Made by a program: the position numbers and the translations under genes | NCBI GenBank assembly: GCA_040289885.1 | Contig: PSLZ01000005.1 | Coordinates: 26,598 to 90,597 of the forward strand | Length of the DNA stretch: 64,000 bases | Source of the DNA: Armatimonadota bacterium | Lineage (GTDB): Bacteria > Armatimonadota > HRBIN16 | Direction of reading: 5' to 3' | The notes under the pieces: generated by a model | The model's input: the letters and a program-made list of their open reading frames with translations, nothing else | Databases searched by the model: none | What the model was told of the DNA's origin: nothing | Part shown: positions 11,603-20,344 of the stretch, piece after piece | How the letters are laid out: the number at the start of each line of letters is the position of its first letter | Position numbering within the stretch: position 1 is the stretch's first letter

Positions 11603-11863
11603 ATGGAACAGCACGAAATCGGACAAGAGTTCGACATGCATCGCGTCCGCAAGGTGGTAGAGGTCCGCGCCAACATTGTCAATGAACTGCTGGACCAGGG
11701 CTGGATACTGCACGACATCTACATTTCAAACGAGTATCGCAGTGTATACATCCTGGTGATGTTGGACGAGCTGACCTGCCCCCGCTGCGGAGCACCGGCG
11801 AACATCGAAGTGTCGGAAGAAGGAGATCGCTACCGCTACATCTGCACGAAGGAATGTCAATAG
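11603..11863 (+). CDS. small hypothetical protein with C-terminal CxxC...CxxxC zinc-ribbon
   Basis: 86 aa, protein-like composition; CPRCGAPANIEVSEEGDRYRYICTKEC; only plausible ORF in the 11.49-12.03 kb gap; weak RBS. Confidence 0.4.
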   Translation: MEQHEIGQEFDMHRVRKVVEVRANIVNELLDQGWILHDIYISNEYRSVYILVMLDELTCPRCGAPANIEVSEEGDRYRYICTKECQ

Positions 11864-12029
11864 CGGCTGGCGTATCTTCATAGCACAACAGCAACATTTT
11901 GCGAGTTGCACAACGTAATCTCCATTGGGTACACTCTATGGTGTGAAACCAAAATCGGCTGTAGAGTGTCGTACGAATCAGAGAACGATAGCAGTAACCT
12001 GCTGGCGTGATTGACTTTCGAGGAACAAA

Positions 12030-12935
12030 ATGAGCACCAACAACCCGGTCAACCGAAGAGGAAGCTCGCAGGGCACTCCGACCCTAACGCCGAACCGCAA
12101 GCCGGCGTCATCGGAGGCGCCTTCCCTGCTCAACCGGCTGACGCGCGTTGCGTTGCTCACGCCAGAGGAAGAGCAGGAACTGGCGGAGCGTGCTCGCAAG
12201 GGCGATGAAGAGGCGCGCCAGAAGCTGGTTGAAGCCAACATGCGCCTGGTGATGAACATCGCCAAACATTACCGCAACGCGCTCGTCCCGTTCGAGGACC
12301 TTGTGCAGGAAGGTGCCATCGGGCTGATGAACGCGGTGGAGCGGTACGACCCCTCCAGGGGCTATCGCTTCAGCACCTACGCGACGCACTGGATACGGCA
12401 GGCGATCGGGCGGGCAATAGATAACAAGGCGAAGACGGTGCGTATCCCCGCACACGTTGCCGAACAACTGCGCCGGATGGAACGCGAGCGGGAACGCCTG
12501 CGCCGGGAGACCGGCGATGAGCCAAGCGTCGAACAGCTGGCGAAAGCGATGGGCGTGTCGCCTAAGAAGATATTGCAGCTCCAGCAGGCGGCACAGGAGC
12601 CGTTGTCGCTCGATATGCTAGTCGGCGAAGAGGAAGATACCTCGCTGGGGTCCCTGATCCATGACCAGAATGTGCGCGACCCCGAAGAGGTGATGCTGGA
12701 GCGCGAACGACGCAAAATGCTGGACGAGCTCCTGGAAACCGAGCTCACCGAACGTGAACGACAGGTCATCATCCGCCGGCTGGGCTACGGCGACCAGGAT
12801 GAACAGGTCTTACAGGAGATAGGAGAGGCGCTGAAGATCTCGCGCGAACGGGTGCGCCAGATCGAAGCGCAAGCCATGCGTAAACTCAAGGACGCGGCTA
12901 AACGTCGGGGTTTACGCGAATACCTTCTGCAGTAG
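12030..12935 (+). CDS. RNA polymerase sigma factor, sigma-70 (RpoD/SigA) family, group-2-like (regions 1.2-4.2, no region 1.1)
   Basis: 301 aa; region 2 FSTYATHWIRQAIGRAI; region 4.2 TLQEIGEALKISRERVRQIEAQAMRKL; RBS GAGGAA. Confidence 0.88.
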   Translation: MSTNNPVNRRGSSQGTPTLTPNRKPASSEAPSLLNRLTRVALLTPEEEQELAERARKGDEEARQKLVEANMRLVMNIAKHYRNALVPFEDLVQEGAIGLMNAVERYDPSRGYRFSTYATHWIRQAIGRAIDNKAKTVRIPAHVAEQLRRMERERERLRRETGDEPSVEQLAKAMGVSPKKILQLQQAAQEPLSLDMLVGEEEDTSLGSLIHDQNVRDPEEVMLERERRKMLDELLETELTERERQVIIRRLGYGDQDEQVLQEIGEALKISRERVRQIEAQAMRKLKDAAKRRGLREYLLQ

Positions 12936-12964
12936 CGGTACTTTTTACCGCCTGTCTCCCCTAG

Positions 12965-13000
12965 CGGCACGAGAGTTTCCTCTCGTGCCGTTCGCCTTCT
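12965..13000 (+). terminator. stem-loop terminator downstream of the sigma factor gene
   Basis: cggcacgagag-tttc-ctctcgtgccg followed by ttcgccttct. Confidence 0.55.
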
Positions 13001-13084
13001 ATCACACGTGCCATTAAGAGGTTTCGCTCCGCCTGCCACCGAAAATAACAGACAGAGTCCCCCGTAGAAGCGAGGAACAGAGCC

Positions 13085-15070
13085 ATGCAGAAATCCAGTT
13101 CCGAACCCAGATGGCAAACAGCAACCGCCAAAGCCTTTCATCTGCACGAATGGACGTTCAGCCTCCAGCCATCGGGCAACCCCTTCTCCCCCGCTGACAA
13201 CGACATCACCGCGGAGATTCGCCTGCCAACAGGGGAGACGATACGTCAGCCCGCCTTCTGGGATGGCGATAACACGTGGAAGGTACGGTTGGCTCTGCTT
13301 CGCTCCGGTCGTATCCATTGGAGACTGCTAAAGAACGGCTCCCCGCTGTCGGTGTCGGCGTGGGTGGAAGTGAAACCGATATCGTCACAAGCGACATTGG
13401 GCTTCGTTCGCCGGCACCCTCGCCTCAAGCAGTTTACCACCGACGCCGGCAAAACCTTCTATCCGATCGGGCAGAACGTCGGGTGGAGAACGCCGAGCAC
13501 CGACTACCCCCTCTTCTTCGAGCAGATGTCACAAGCGGGCATGAACTGGGCGCGGATATGGCTGTGCCATTGGGACGGTAAGAACCCGGACTGGGTCATG
13601 AGCAAGCGGATGGAACCCGGCTGGCTGGATATGGAGGTCATTCGTCGCCTCGAGAAGATCGTGCACCTCGCGGAAAGGTTCGGTATTTATATCCAGCTCA
13701 CCCTCCAGCATCACGGACAATACTCCACCCGCACCAACCCGAACTGGGCAGAGAACCCCTGGAACAAGCAGCACGGAGGCTTTCTCGACACCCCCGAACA
13801 GTTCTTCACCCATCCTCGCGCCCTGGAGCTCACGCGCCACAAGTACCGCTACCTCGTTGCGCGATGGGGATACTCCCCGCATCTCATGGCATGGGAACTC
13901 TTTAATGAGGTGGAGTGGACCGATGCTGCTGCCAACGGTAAATGGGATGTTATCGCCCAGTGGCACCGCGAGATGGCACGCTTCCTCCGCTCAATAGACG
14001 TGCATCAACATCTGATAACCACCAGCTCTGCCATGGATGTTCCCAGCCTGTGGGTGGAGATGGACTACTACCAGCCCCATTATTACGTGCCGGATATCGC
14101 GGGCACGCTGTTCGAAATGACACCTGCGCGGAGGAATAAACCCATCTTCATCGGCGAGTGGGGTGGTGCGAACCCGCGACAGTGGGGCGATGAAGCCTTC
14201 CTTCGACAGGGACTGTGGGTCGGCGTGATGCGCGGACTGGCGGGAGGGGCGCAGTGGTGGTCCTGGGAAACCACCGAAGCACGCAAGTGGTACGCCCAGT
14301 GGGCATCCCTATCGCAGTTCTTGAAGATGGCGGGCTTTGTTTCCGGGAATCTCTGGCAGCCCATCTCCGCACAGGTGATGTCGAAGGCACGTGCGCCGTT
14401 CCGCTTCTCGCCGGGGGGCGGATGGGAAAGCACACAGCGGTACCGCTTCATCGTGCCAACCGATGGCTCCGCTATCGAGGGATTATCGCTCCTCTCGCGG
14501 TTCATACAGGGCGAGTCGCACCGCGACATGTGTCGGGAGCCTGTGGTGTTCGAAGTGGAGTTCGCACAGGCTGGAAGATGCACGCTACATATCGGCACGG
14601 TTGCCCGTAGCGGCGCTGGCATTATTGTCAGGCTGGACAACGAGATAGTCGCCCAGGAACGGTTCTCCTCCGCACAACGGGATACCTTCGTGAACCGTGA
14701 GATCACCTTCCCTGTGCCAGCAGGCAAGCATACGATTTCCGTCTGCAACCCAGGACCCGACTGGTTTACACTGGACAGCGTGACGCTGACGCCCTACGCA
14801 CCGCCAAACAAGGTCGCCGTTTGTGGAGATGGACAAAACGCCATGTGGTATCTGTGGCGCGAGCAACCGGTGGACGCGTCGGTCACGTTGAAGATACCGA
14901 GTACTCCACCGGGAAGATATAAGGTTACGTGGTGGAACCCTTCCACTGGCAGAGCGATACACACCGAGACCGTAGCGGTGGCACAAGGAGGATTAGCGCT
15001 GAAGGTTCCCGTGCACGAGCGGGACATCGCCGGCTGTTTGAGCCCTGCGGGGCGCCGAGCCAGCCTGTAA
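13085..15070 (+). CDS. glycoside hydrolase family 5 protein (DUF5060-like N-terminus + GH5 catalytic domain)
   Basis: 661 aa; GH5 catalytic acid/base motif WELFNEVE; RBS GAGGAA; 3' end overlaps the rnpB 3' end by ~20 nt. Confidence 0.75.
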   Translation: MQKSSSEPRWQTATAKAFHLHEWTFSLQPSGNPFSPADNDITAEIRLPTGETIRQPAFWDGDNTWKVRLALLRSGRIHWRLLKNGSPLSVSAWVEVKPISSQATLGFVRRHPRLKQFTTDAGKTFYPIGQNVGWRTPSTDYPLFFEQMSQAGMNWARIWLCHWDGKNPDWVMSKRMEPGWLDMEVIRRLEKIVHLAERFGIYIQLTLQHHGQYSTRTNPNWAENPWNKQHGGFLDTPEQFFTHPRALELTRHKYRYLVARWGYSPHLMAWELFNEVEWTDAAANGKWDVIAQWHREMARFLRSIDVHQHLITTSSAMDVPSLWVEMDYYQPHYYVPDIAGTLFEMTPARRNKPIFIGEWGGANPRQWGDEAFLRQGLWVGVMRGLAGGAQWWSWETTEARKWYAQWASLSQFLKMAGFVSGNLWQPISAQVMSKARAPFRFSPGGGWESTQRYRFIVPTDGSAIEGLSLLSRFIQGESHRDMCREPVVFEVEFAQAGRCTLHIGTVARSGAGIIVRLDNEIVAQERFSSAQRDTFVNREITFPVPAGKHTISVCNPGPDWFTLDSVTLTPYAPPNKVAVCGDGQNAMWYLWREQPVDASVTLKIPSTPPGRYKVTWWNPSTGRAIHTETVAVAQGGLALKVPVHERDIAGCLSPAGRRASL

Positions 15071-15430
15071 GCGGGGTTCTGTGCCCTGCCTGTAAAGGGC
15101 AGGCGGCGGCTATCTCTCTGGGGTGCCGGTTACCCGGCACCTCTAGCGGCTGTACCCGGAGGCTCAGCGGGCCACCTCACGGCCTCCCTATTCAGCCTTG
15201 CTCCCGATGGGGTTTGCCCTGCCAGCGGCATCACTGCCGCTGCGGTGCGCTCTTACCGCGCCTTTTCACCCTTGCCCGCATTCAGCAAACGCTGAACCGC
15301 TGGCGGTGTGTTTTCTGTGGCACTTTCCGTAGGGTCGCCCCTCCCGGACGCTATCCGGCATCGTGCCCTGCGGAGCCCCGACTTTCCTCCCCACCCAAAC
15401 GGGCGAGGCAGCCGCCCGGCTGGCTCGGTG
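15050..15430 (-). ncRNA. rnpB: RNase P RNA, bacterial type A
   Basis: Minus strand reads GAGCCAGCC...GGGAGGAAAGUCGGGGCUCCGCAGGGCACGAUGCCGGAUAGCGUCCGGG...AGAAAACACACCGCC...GGCAAGGGUGAAAAGGCGCGGUAAGAGCGCACCGCAGCGG...GGGCACAGAACCCCGCUUACAGGCUGGCUC, matching universal P4/P10-12/P15/P18 core blocks of E. coli M1 RNA; P1 helix GAGCCAGCC/GGCUGGCUC; -10 TATAAT at 15440-15445 (minus). Confidence 0.9.
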
Positions 15431-15450
15431 CCCAACTTCATTATACCGCA

Positions 15451-16632
15451 CTAAGGATGCGGTGACCATGTGGGCGCGTAGTTATCGCCAGTGCCGTCCG
15501 TTAACCGCCGCGCATCCGAGCCGTCAGCACTCACGAACCACAGGTCGCGCTTGCCGTCCTCGCGGAACTTGACGTAGACCAGGCTCGTGCCTCCCTGAGA
15601 CCACGTGGGTGTGATGGCATTGCCCTTTACGATCAACCGAGGCTCCGGGTCCCCAATCCCCATCACGCCGAGGCCTGCTCGGTCTCTCTCTTCCCCTTTC
15701 ACGCGCCACATCTCGAAGGCGAGATGGGTTCCCTCCGGCGCCCACACCACCGCTCCAGGCGCAAGGTCTCCCTTACTGCTCCATAGCGGTTGCAGAGTTT
15801 CCGTGACCAGGTTATACAACGCGATCGCGTGCCCGATCTGCTTGTTATCGATGATGGTGATGGCTAACTGCGTGCCATCGGGTGAGAGCGCCGTATGTAC
15901 CTCCTGCCCACCGATGAGGGGTTTGGGAAGCTTCTGTGTGTCGGGAAGCGGGACAGGCTGTGCCCCGGACGACGCCTCTTCCTCGTGCTGGTGGTCACGC
16001 CCTGCGCCCTCTCGCCGATAGCGCACTAGCGCATCGCCCCCTTCGGTACGCAGGATGGCGTACACGATTCGCTTCTCGGGGTCGTAGGTTGGCTCGCGAA
16101 ACAGCACACTGCCTCCGAACGTGTTGCGCCACTGCTGTTCCAGTTCGAAGGGAGGCAGAATCTTCTCCGCCTCGCCACCCTCGATATCTACCAGCAGAAC
16201 CTGTCCCTGCAAGAGGAACACGATGTGCTTGCCATCGGGTAGGAACTGGGGCTTCTCCTTCGCCCCAACGCTGACCGTCAGCTGTTGAACCCGCCTGCAT
16301 TCAGGGTCGGCGTAAAATACTTGGGGCACCCGATTATCCCTGTCGGAGATAAACGTGATCAGGCGTCCATCGGGCGACCACGCGGGGTCGGTTTCTGCAG
16401 ATGGGTCCGTGGTGATCTGGCGAAGCCCGCTCCCGTCCGGGCGAATCACCCACAAATCGGGGTTGCCAGCACGGTCGGAAACAAACAGTATCCAGTCCTT
16501 GGTATCGATGTCAGCAGGTTTGACACGGAAGGGATTGAAGTACCGAATCCAGAACATGCCCGCCGCTACCAGCACCACCACTGCCAGCAAGCCCAGCAGA
16601 GTGTGCCTGAACCAGACACGCCGTAGATACAT
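15451..16632 (-). CDS. TolB-like PD40/WD40 beta-propeller repeat protein, N-terminal membrane anchor
   Basis: Repeated PD40 units (DPAWSPDGRLITFISDR; LSPDGTQLAITI; APTWSPHP); N-terminal TM helix; RBS GAAGGGAG before ATG 16632. Confidence 0.75.
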   Translation of the reverse strand: MYLRRVWFRHTLLGLLAVVVLVAAGMFWIRYFNPFRVKPADIDTKDWILFVSDRAGNPDLWVIRPDGSGLRQITTDPSAETDPAWSPDGRLITFISDRDNRVPQVFYADPECRRVQQLTVSVGAKEKPQFLPDGKHIVFLLQGQVLLVDIEGGEAEKILPPFELEQQWRNTFGGSVLFREPTYDPEKRIVYAILRTEGGDALVRYRREGAGRDHQHEEEASSGAQPVPLPDTQKLPKPLIGGQEVHTALSPDGTQLAITIIDNKQIGHAIALYNLVTETLQPLWSSKGDLAPGAVVWAPEGTHLAFEMWRVKGEERDRAGLGVMGIGDPEPRLIVKGNAITPTWSQGGTSLVYVKFREDGKRDLWFVSADGSDARRLTDGTGDNYAPTWSPHP

Positions 16633-16709
16633 CACGCGCTCCCTTCAAATGATTTACTCTCGCCTTTGGCTTTTCGCTCTCAGAAGCGCAGATTCCTGTT
16701 GGCATTGGC

Positions 16710-17330
16710 TCAGTGCAATTGCACGCTCAGGGGACGAGCCAGCGCATCGAAAACGTTGTCGGGATTGTACGGTACCTGCACCAGCAAATGCCGCTCGCCC
16801 GGATTAGCGATGAAGAACGCCATGCCTCGCGCGAAACTCAAGCCATCTGGCGCACGCTCTGATATCAGGCGCAGTTTGAAGAAGCGCGGTAACTGACCGG
16901 GCCGGATGCTACCCCGCACGTCTTCAATCAACCGCCCATCCAGTGCCCCGCGTTGACAGTGATAGGCGTAAATGTTCTGATAGCTGATCCAGTCAAAACG
17001 CTCGTACACGACGAACAGCGAGAGCTCCGTAACTTCCCGAATGAAATCCGTGTGGGGCAGTTCGTACAGCCTCTCCAGCAGAGCCAGAGTCTCCTGCACT
17101 CCCACAAAGTGGTGGGCGAACGCTCCCAGCACCCCGGAAAACTCTTCAGGCAGTTCGCGGAACTCGTAGTAACAACCATTGGTGGACAACACCACGCGGG
17201 CGATCTCGTTGCTGAACTCTAGTCCCTCGCCAACCTGTTGTTTGACGTATCTTGCTAGAACCTGTGTCGCCTCTCCGTCAGCCTCTAATTGCTCGATGAA
17301 CCACTCGCTATCCATGGTTACCCCATCCAC
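16710..17330 (-). CDS. hypothetical protein (no recognisable family)
   Basis: 206-aa ORF with protein-like composition, same strand and downstream of glcE/glcF-like genes; GTG start after GGAAGGAAGGG. Confidence 0.5.
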   Translation of the reverse strand: MDGVTMDSEWFIEQLEADGEATQVLARYVKQQVGEGLEFSNEIARVVLSTNGCYYEFRELPEEFSGVLGAFAHHFVGVQETLALLERLYELPHTDFIREVTELSLFVVYERFDWISYQNIYAYHCQRGALDGRLIEDVRGSIRPGQLPRFFKLRLISERAPDGLSFARGMAFFIANPGERHLLVQVPYNPDNVFDALARPLSVQLH

Positions 17331-17499
17331 GATGCTTCCCTTCCTTCCCCAAAGAGATTGAACCTGTACAAATAGTATTCTAAGTCAGAAACGCCTTTGA
17401 AGTCAACCACTCCGCGACGGTTTTGCGCAAAAAAACCGCATTTTGACGGGGATAGATTGGCGCATGCCTCATCCCGTGTGCTCCGCGAGAATAACAGGC

Positions 17500-18783
17500 T
17501 TACTCACCATCCTGCTGATACGCCCGATACAGCAATTCCACAGGATGCATGATGGCTATCGGGTGAGGAAGAGAACGCAAGCCCTGCGCGATCCAAGCGA
17601 GACAGCCGGGGTTGCCGGTCAAAAGTATTTCCGCACCCGTTGCCCGAACGCGCTCCACCTTGCGCTGTAGCAGACGCAGTGCTATGTCCGGCTGTAACAG
17701 GTTGTAGATGCCCGCACTCCCACAGCACATGTCCGATTCGTCCAGATCGACCAGCCTTACGCCCGGGATACTGCGGATGACCTCGCGAGGTTGCCGACGC
17801 ACCCCTTGACCGTGCGCCAGATGACAGGCATCGTGATAGGTTACTACCAGCTCCGGCGTCCCCTCTTGCCCGCCCAACGGTTGCTTCGGCACCTCGAAGC
17901 CTGCCTCTACCAGAAACTCCATAACGTCTCTTACTTTCGCCGCGAAGGCTCGCGCCTGCACTTCGTAGGGTGTGCCTGCGAACAGCCTGCCATAGCCTTT
18001 CATGGCGGAGCCACATCCCGCCGAGTTGACGATGACCGCATCTACCGAGACGCGCCCGAAACACTCCATAAGGCGCAACGCCCGCCATCGCCCCGCCTCC
18101 GGAAAGCCATTATGCAGATGCAACGCCCCACAACACCCTTGTTCACGCGGCACTACCACCTCGTAGCCGTTGCGCTGTAGCACGGCAACGGTCGCCACGT
18201 TTACCTCGTGAAACAACACCGACGCCACACAACCCGTGAGCACGCCCACTCTGCCCCGCCGTTCCCCCATCGGCGGATACACCCCAACAAGCCTGCGCGG
18301 ATTCGCACCACGGGGCACCTGCGGCAGATTAGCCACCACCTTCTCCACACCCAGCAGCCGCGCCAACGGCGCAGGTAGCGCCTTGTCGCCGAAGAACGGA
18401 GACAACCTCCGACCGATATGAATGGCGAACGCGAAAGCGCGAGGCTGTGTCATCACATCCAGAAGCCACTTCTTCACGGTGCGCTGAACACCCGAACGCG
18501 ACGGCGACCGCTCCACCTGCGCCCGCGCAATCTCAATCAGCAAGCCATATGCCACCCCCGACGGACACGCGGTCTCACAAGCTAGGCACCCAAGACACCG
18601 GTCTACATGTTCGACCGCACCTGCCTGCCACTGGATGCGCCCTTCGGCCACCGCCCGCATCAGGTAGATACGCCCGCGCGGCGAATCGGCTTCACTGCCA
18701 TCCTCGACGTAAGTGGGACAAGACTGCAGGCACAAACCGCAATGGATGCATTTCAGCAGGTCCTCACTGCGAAACTCGCGCAT
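17500..18783 (-). CDS. glcF: (Fe-S)-binding protein, glycolate oxidase iron-sulfur subunit GlcF-like
   Basis: Two 4Fe-4S ferredoxin motifs (CIHCGLCLQSCPTY; CLGCLACETACPSG) followed by two CCG cysteine-rich domains; ATG overlaps stop of upstream gene (ATGA). Confidence 0.85.
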   Translation of the reverse strand: MREFRSEDLLKCIHCGLCLQSCPTYVEDGSEADSPRGRIYLMRAVAEGRIQWQAGAVEHVDRCLGCLACETACPSGVAYGLLIEIARAQVERSPSRSGVQRTVKKWLLDVMTQPRAFAFAIHIGRRLSPFFGDKALPAPLARLLGVEKVVANLPQVPRGANPRRLVGVYPPMGERRGRVGVLTGCVASVLFHEVNVATVAVLQRNGYEVVVPREQGCCGALHLHNGFPEAGRWRALRLMECFGRVSVDAVIVNSAGCGSAMKGYGRLFAGTPYEVQARAFAAKVRDVMEFLVEAGFEVPKQPLGGQEGTPELVVTYHDACHLAHGQGVRRQPREVIRSIPGVRLVDLDESDMCCGSAGIYNLLQPDIALRLLQRKVERVRATGAEILLTGNPGCLAWIAQGLRSLPHPIAIMHPVELLYRAYQQDGE

Positions 18784-20018
18784 CACAAGCCCTCCACAAA
18801 CCTGCCCGGCGCCAATATCCGATGCGGGTCAAACCTCTCCTTGAGCCGCCGCATGACGCTCGCCCCGCCGCTGACGGAGTCCCATACATCTATCTCCTGC
18901 TTCACCGCCACAGGCGCACGTTCCAGCACACCGAATCCCCCTCGCGCACGAGCCTGTGCCCGCAGCTCCCGCAACGCCTGTCCATCGGGCACGTTCTCTG
19001 TCCACCACACCCGGACGATGCCCGTGCTAAAATGCGCCTGTAGACTCGCTTGGGGAAACCGTTCGTGCGCCCATACCAGTATCTCTGGCGTCTGCGCGGG
19101 CGGCACCACGAGACGGCAACCGCAGATGGGGTTGGCAAGTAGGTAGCGGTCGCGCAACCAGTTTACCTCCTCAGACGCAACCGGCGTCCACTCGGTCGGA
19201 ACGCGCTCTTGCAGCAGGTTCGTCTGCCAGCGCACGTCCTCTTCAAACCCCGCCAATCCAACATACAGATGCCACCCGGAATCCGCACTATAGACCACCT
19301 CTACCATTTCCGCCTGCAGTAGCGGGTGGCTCAGGGCATCGTACAGGTGGAAAAGGGTGCGTACCTCGGTGAAGGACGAGCGGACCACCACGGCAACCTC
19401 CGGCAGAGGAGCCACCTTAAAGGTCAGCTCCACCAAAACGCCAAGAGTGCCCCACGAACCGGCGAACAGGCGAGGCAAATCGTAACCGGCAACGTTTTTT
19501 ACCACGCCTACCCCCGCCTTGATCATCTCCCCGGACGGAAGAACGGCACGCACCGCCAGCAACCACTCGCGCGCCAAGCCGTAGCGGTGACGCCTCGGTC
19601 CTGCCCCACCCGAAGCCACGATGCCTCCAACCGTCTGCACAGCGGGCAGAGGAGCGTCAATGGGTAGCCATTGCTGATACGGCTGAAGCAGATTCTGCAG
19701 AGCCTCCAGGGTCATCCCCGCCTCGACGGTGACCACGAGGTCACCCGGCGAGTAGTCTCTGAGACGGGAGAGAGCCCGCATGTCCATCGCCCACAGATAC
19801 TGCTCCATGGGCGAGCCGATGGGGACGTGTGTTCCGCCACCCCACACCACGCCGGGCGCGCGATGGGTGCAACACACCTTCAGCACGGCGCACACCTCCT
19901 CCGCCGATGCGGGCTCGACGACCACCTGCGGGACACAGCCGTCTAGCGCGTACGCCGTGCACGCTTCGCCCATGCCGACGTTTGAGACCGCTTGCAGGTC
20001 CTGAATGATGTCTGGCAT
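18783..20018 (-). CDS. FAD-binding oxidoreductase, GlcD/GlcE family (glycolate oxidase FAD-binding subunit-like)
   Basis: FAD-binding PCMH-type domain; start placed at MPDIIQDLQ (ORF-track N-terminal 36 aa derive from an AT-rich repeat element and look spurious); -10 TATAAT 11 nt upstream of ATG suggests a near-leaderless transcript. Confidence 0.75.
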   Translation of the reverse strand: MPDIIQDLQAVSNVGMGEACTAYALDGCVPQVVVEPASAEEVCAVLKVCCTHRAPGVVWGGGTHVPIGSPMEQYLWAMDMRALSRLRDYSPGDLVVTVEAGMTLEALQNLLQPYQQWLPIDAPLPAVQTVGGIVASGGAGPRRHRYGLAREWLLAVRAVLPSGEMIKAGVGVVKNVAGYDLPRLFAGSWGTLGVLVELTFKVAPLPEVAVVVRSSFTEVRTLFHLYDALSHPLLQAEMVEVVYSADSGWHLYVGLAGFEEDVRWQTNLLQERVPTEWTPVASEEVNWLRDRYLLANPICGCRLVVPPAQTPEILVWAHERFPQASLQAHFSTGIVRVWWTENVPDGQALRELRAQARARGGFGVLERAPVAVKQEIDVWDSVSGGASVMRRLKERFDPHRILAPGRFVEGL

Positions 20019-20082
20019 AGTATCCGCATTATAAACGAAGCGCGCCCTCGTGCGCAAGTGTAGGCTTATATCATTTCTGAGA

Positions 20083-20218
20083 TGATTATTTTTGTCATTA
20101 TGCTGTTTATCGTCGTTCTGACTCACTTCTTCCCGTCATTCCGAGCTTCTCTCTTGTCATTCTGAGCGAAGCGAAGAATCTCAACCGAGATGCAGAACTA
20201 CGTTCATCATGACAAAAA
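20083..20218. repeat. MITE/REP-like element, copy A: degenerate GTCATTCYGAGC direct repeats, full unit tgtcattctgagcgaagcgaagaatctcaaccgagatgc, terminal inverted repeats atttttgtcat / atgacaaaaa
   Basis: AT-richer island in a high-GC intergenic region; 39-nt core shared almost exactly with loci at 28924, 31996 (reverse) and 63691 (reverse, partial). Confidence 0.7.
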
Positions 20219-20344
20219 CTGAATATCCAGTGCCATAATGTGGAACATCGTCGCTGGATACGGTGTCCCTATGTGATAGACAGGGCGGGCAAAACCAACA
20301 AAGCCATACCTACCCAGAAGCAAACCGATTGAGGAGGATCGAGA

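Noticed and set aside
15253-15469. Small ORFs 15253..15441, 15266..15469 and 14929..15465
   Set aside because: They lie entirely within the RNase P RNA gene and are translations of a structured ncRNA.
17405-17440. Hairpin gcggtttt-gcgc-aaaaccgc downstream of glcF as a terminator
   Set aside because: On the minus strand it is not followed by a U-tract (the T-run is in the loop side); kept only as a weak possibility, not listed as a feature.
20019-20126. N-terminal 36 aa (MSQNDDKQHNDKNNHLRND...) of ORF 18783..20126
   Set aside because: Derived from the AT-rich repeat element; low-complexity Asn/Asp/Lys composition; conserved FAD-binding domain starts at MPDIIQ with its own -10 box.
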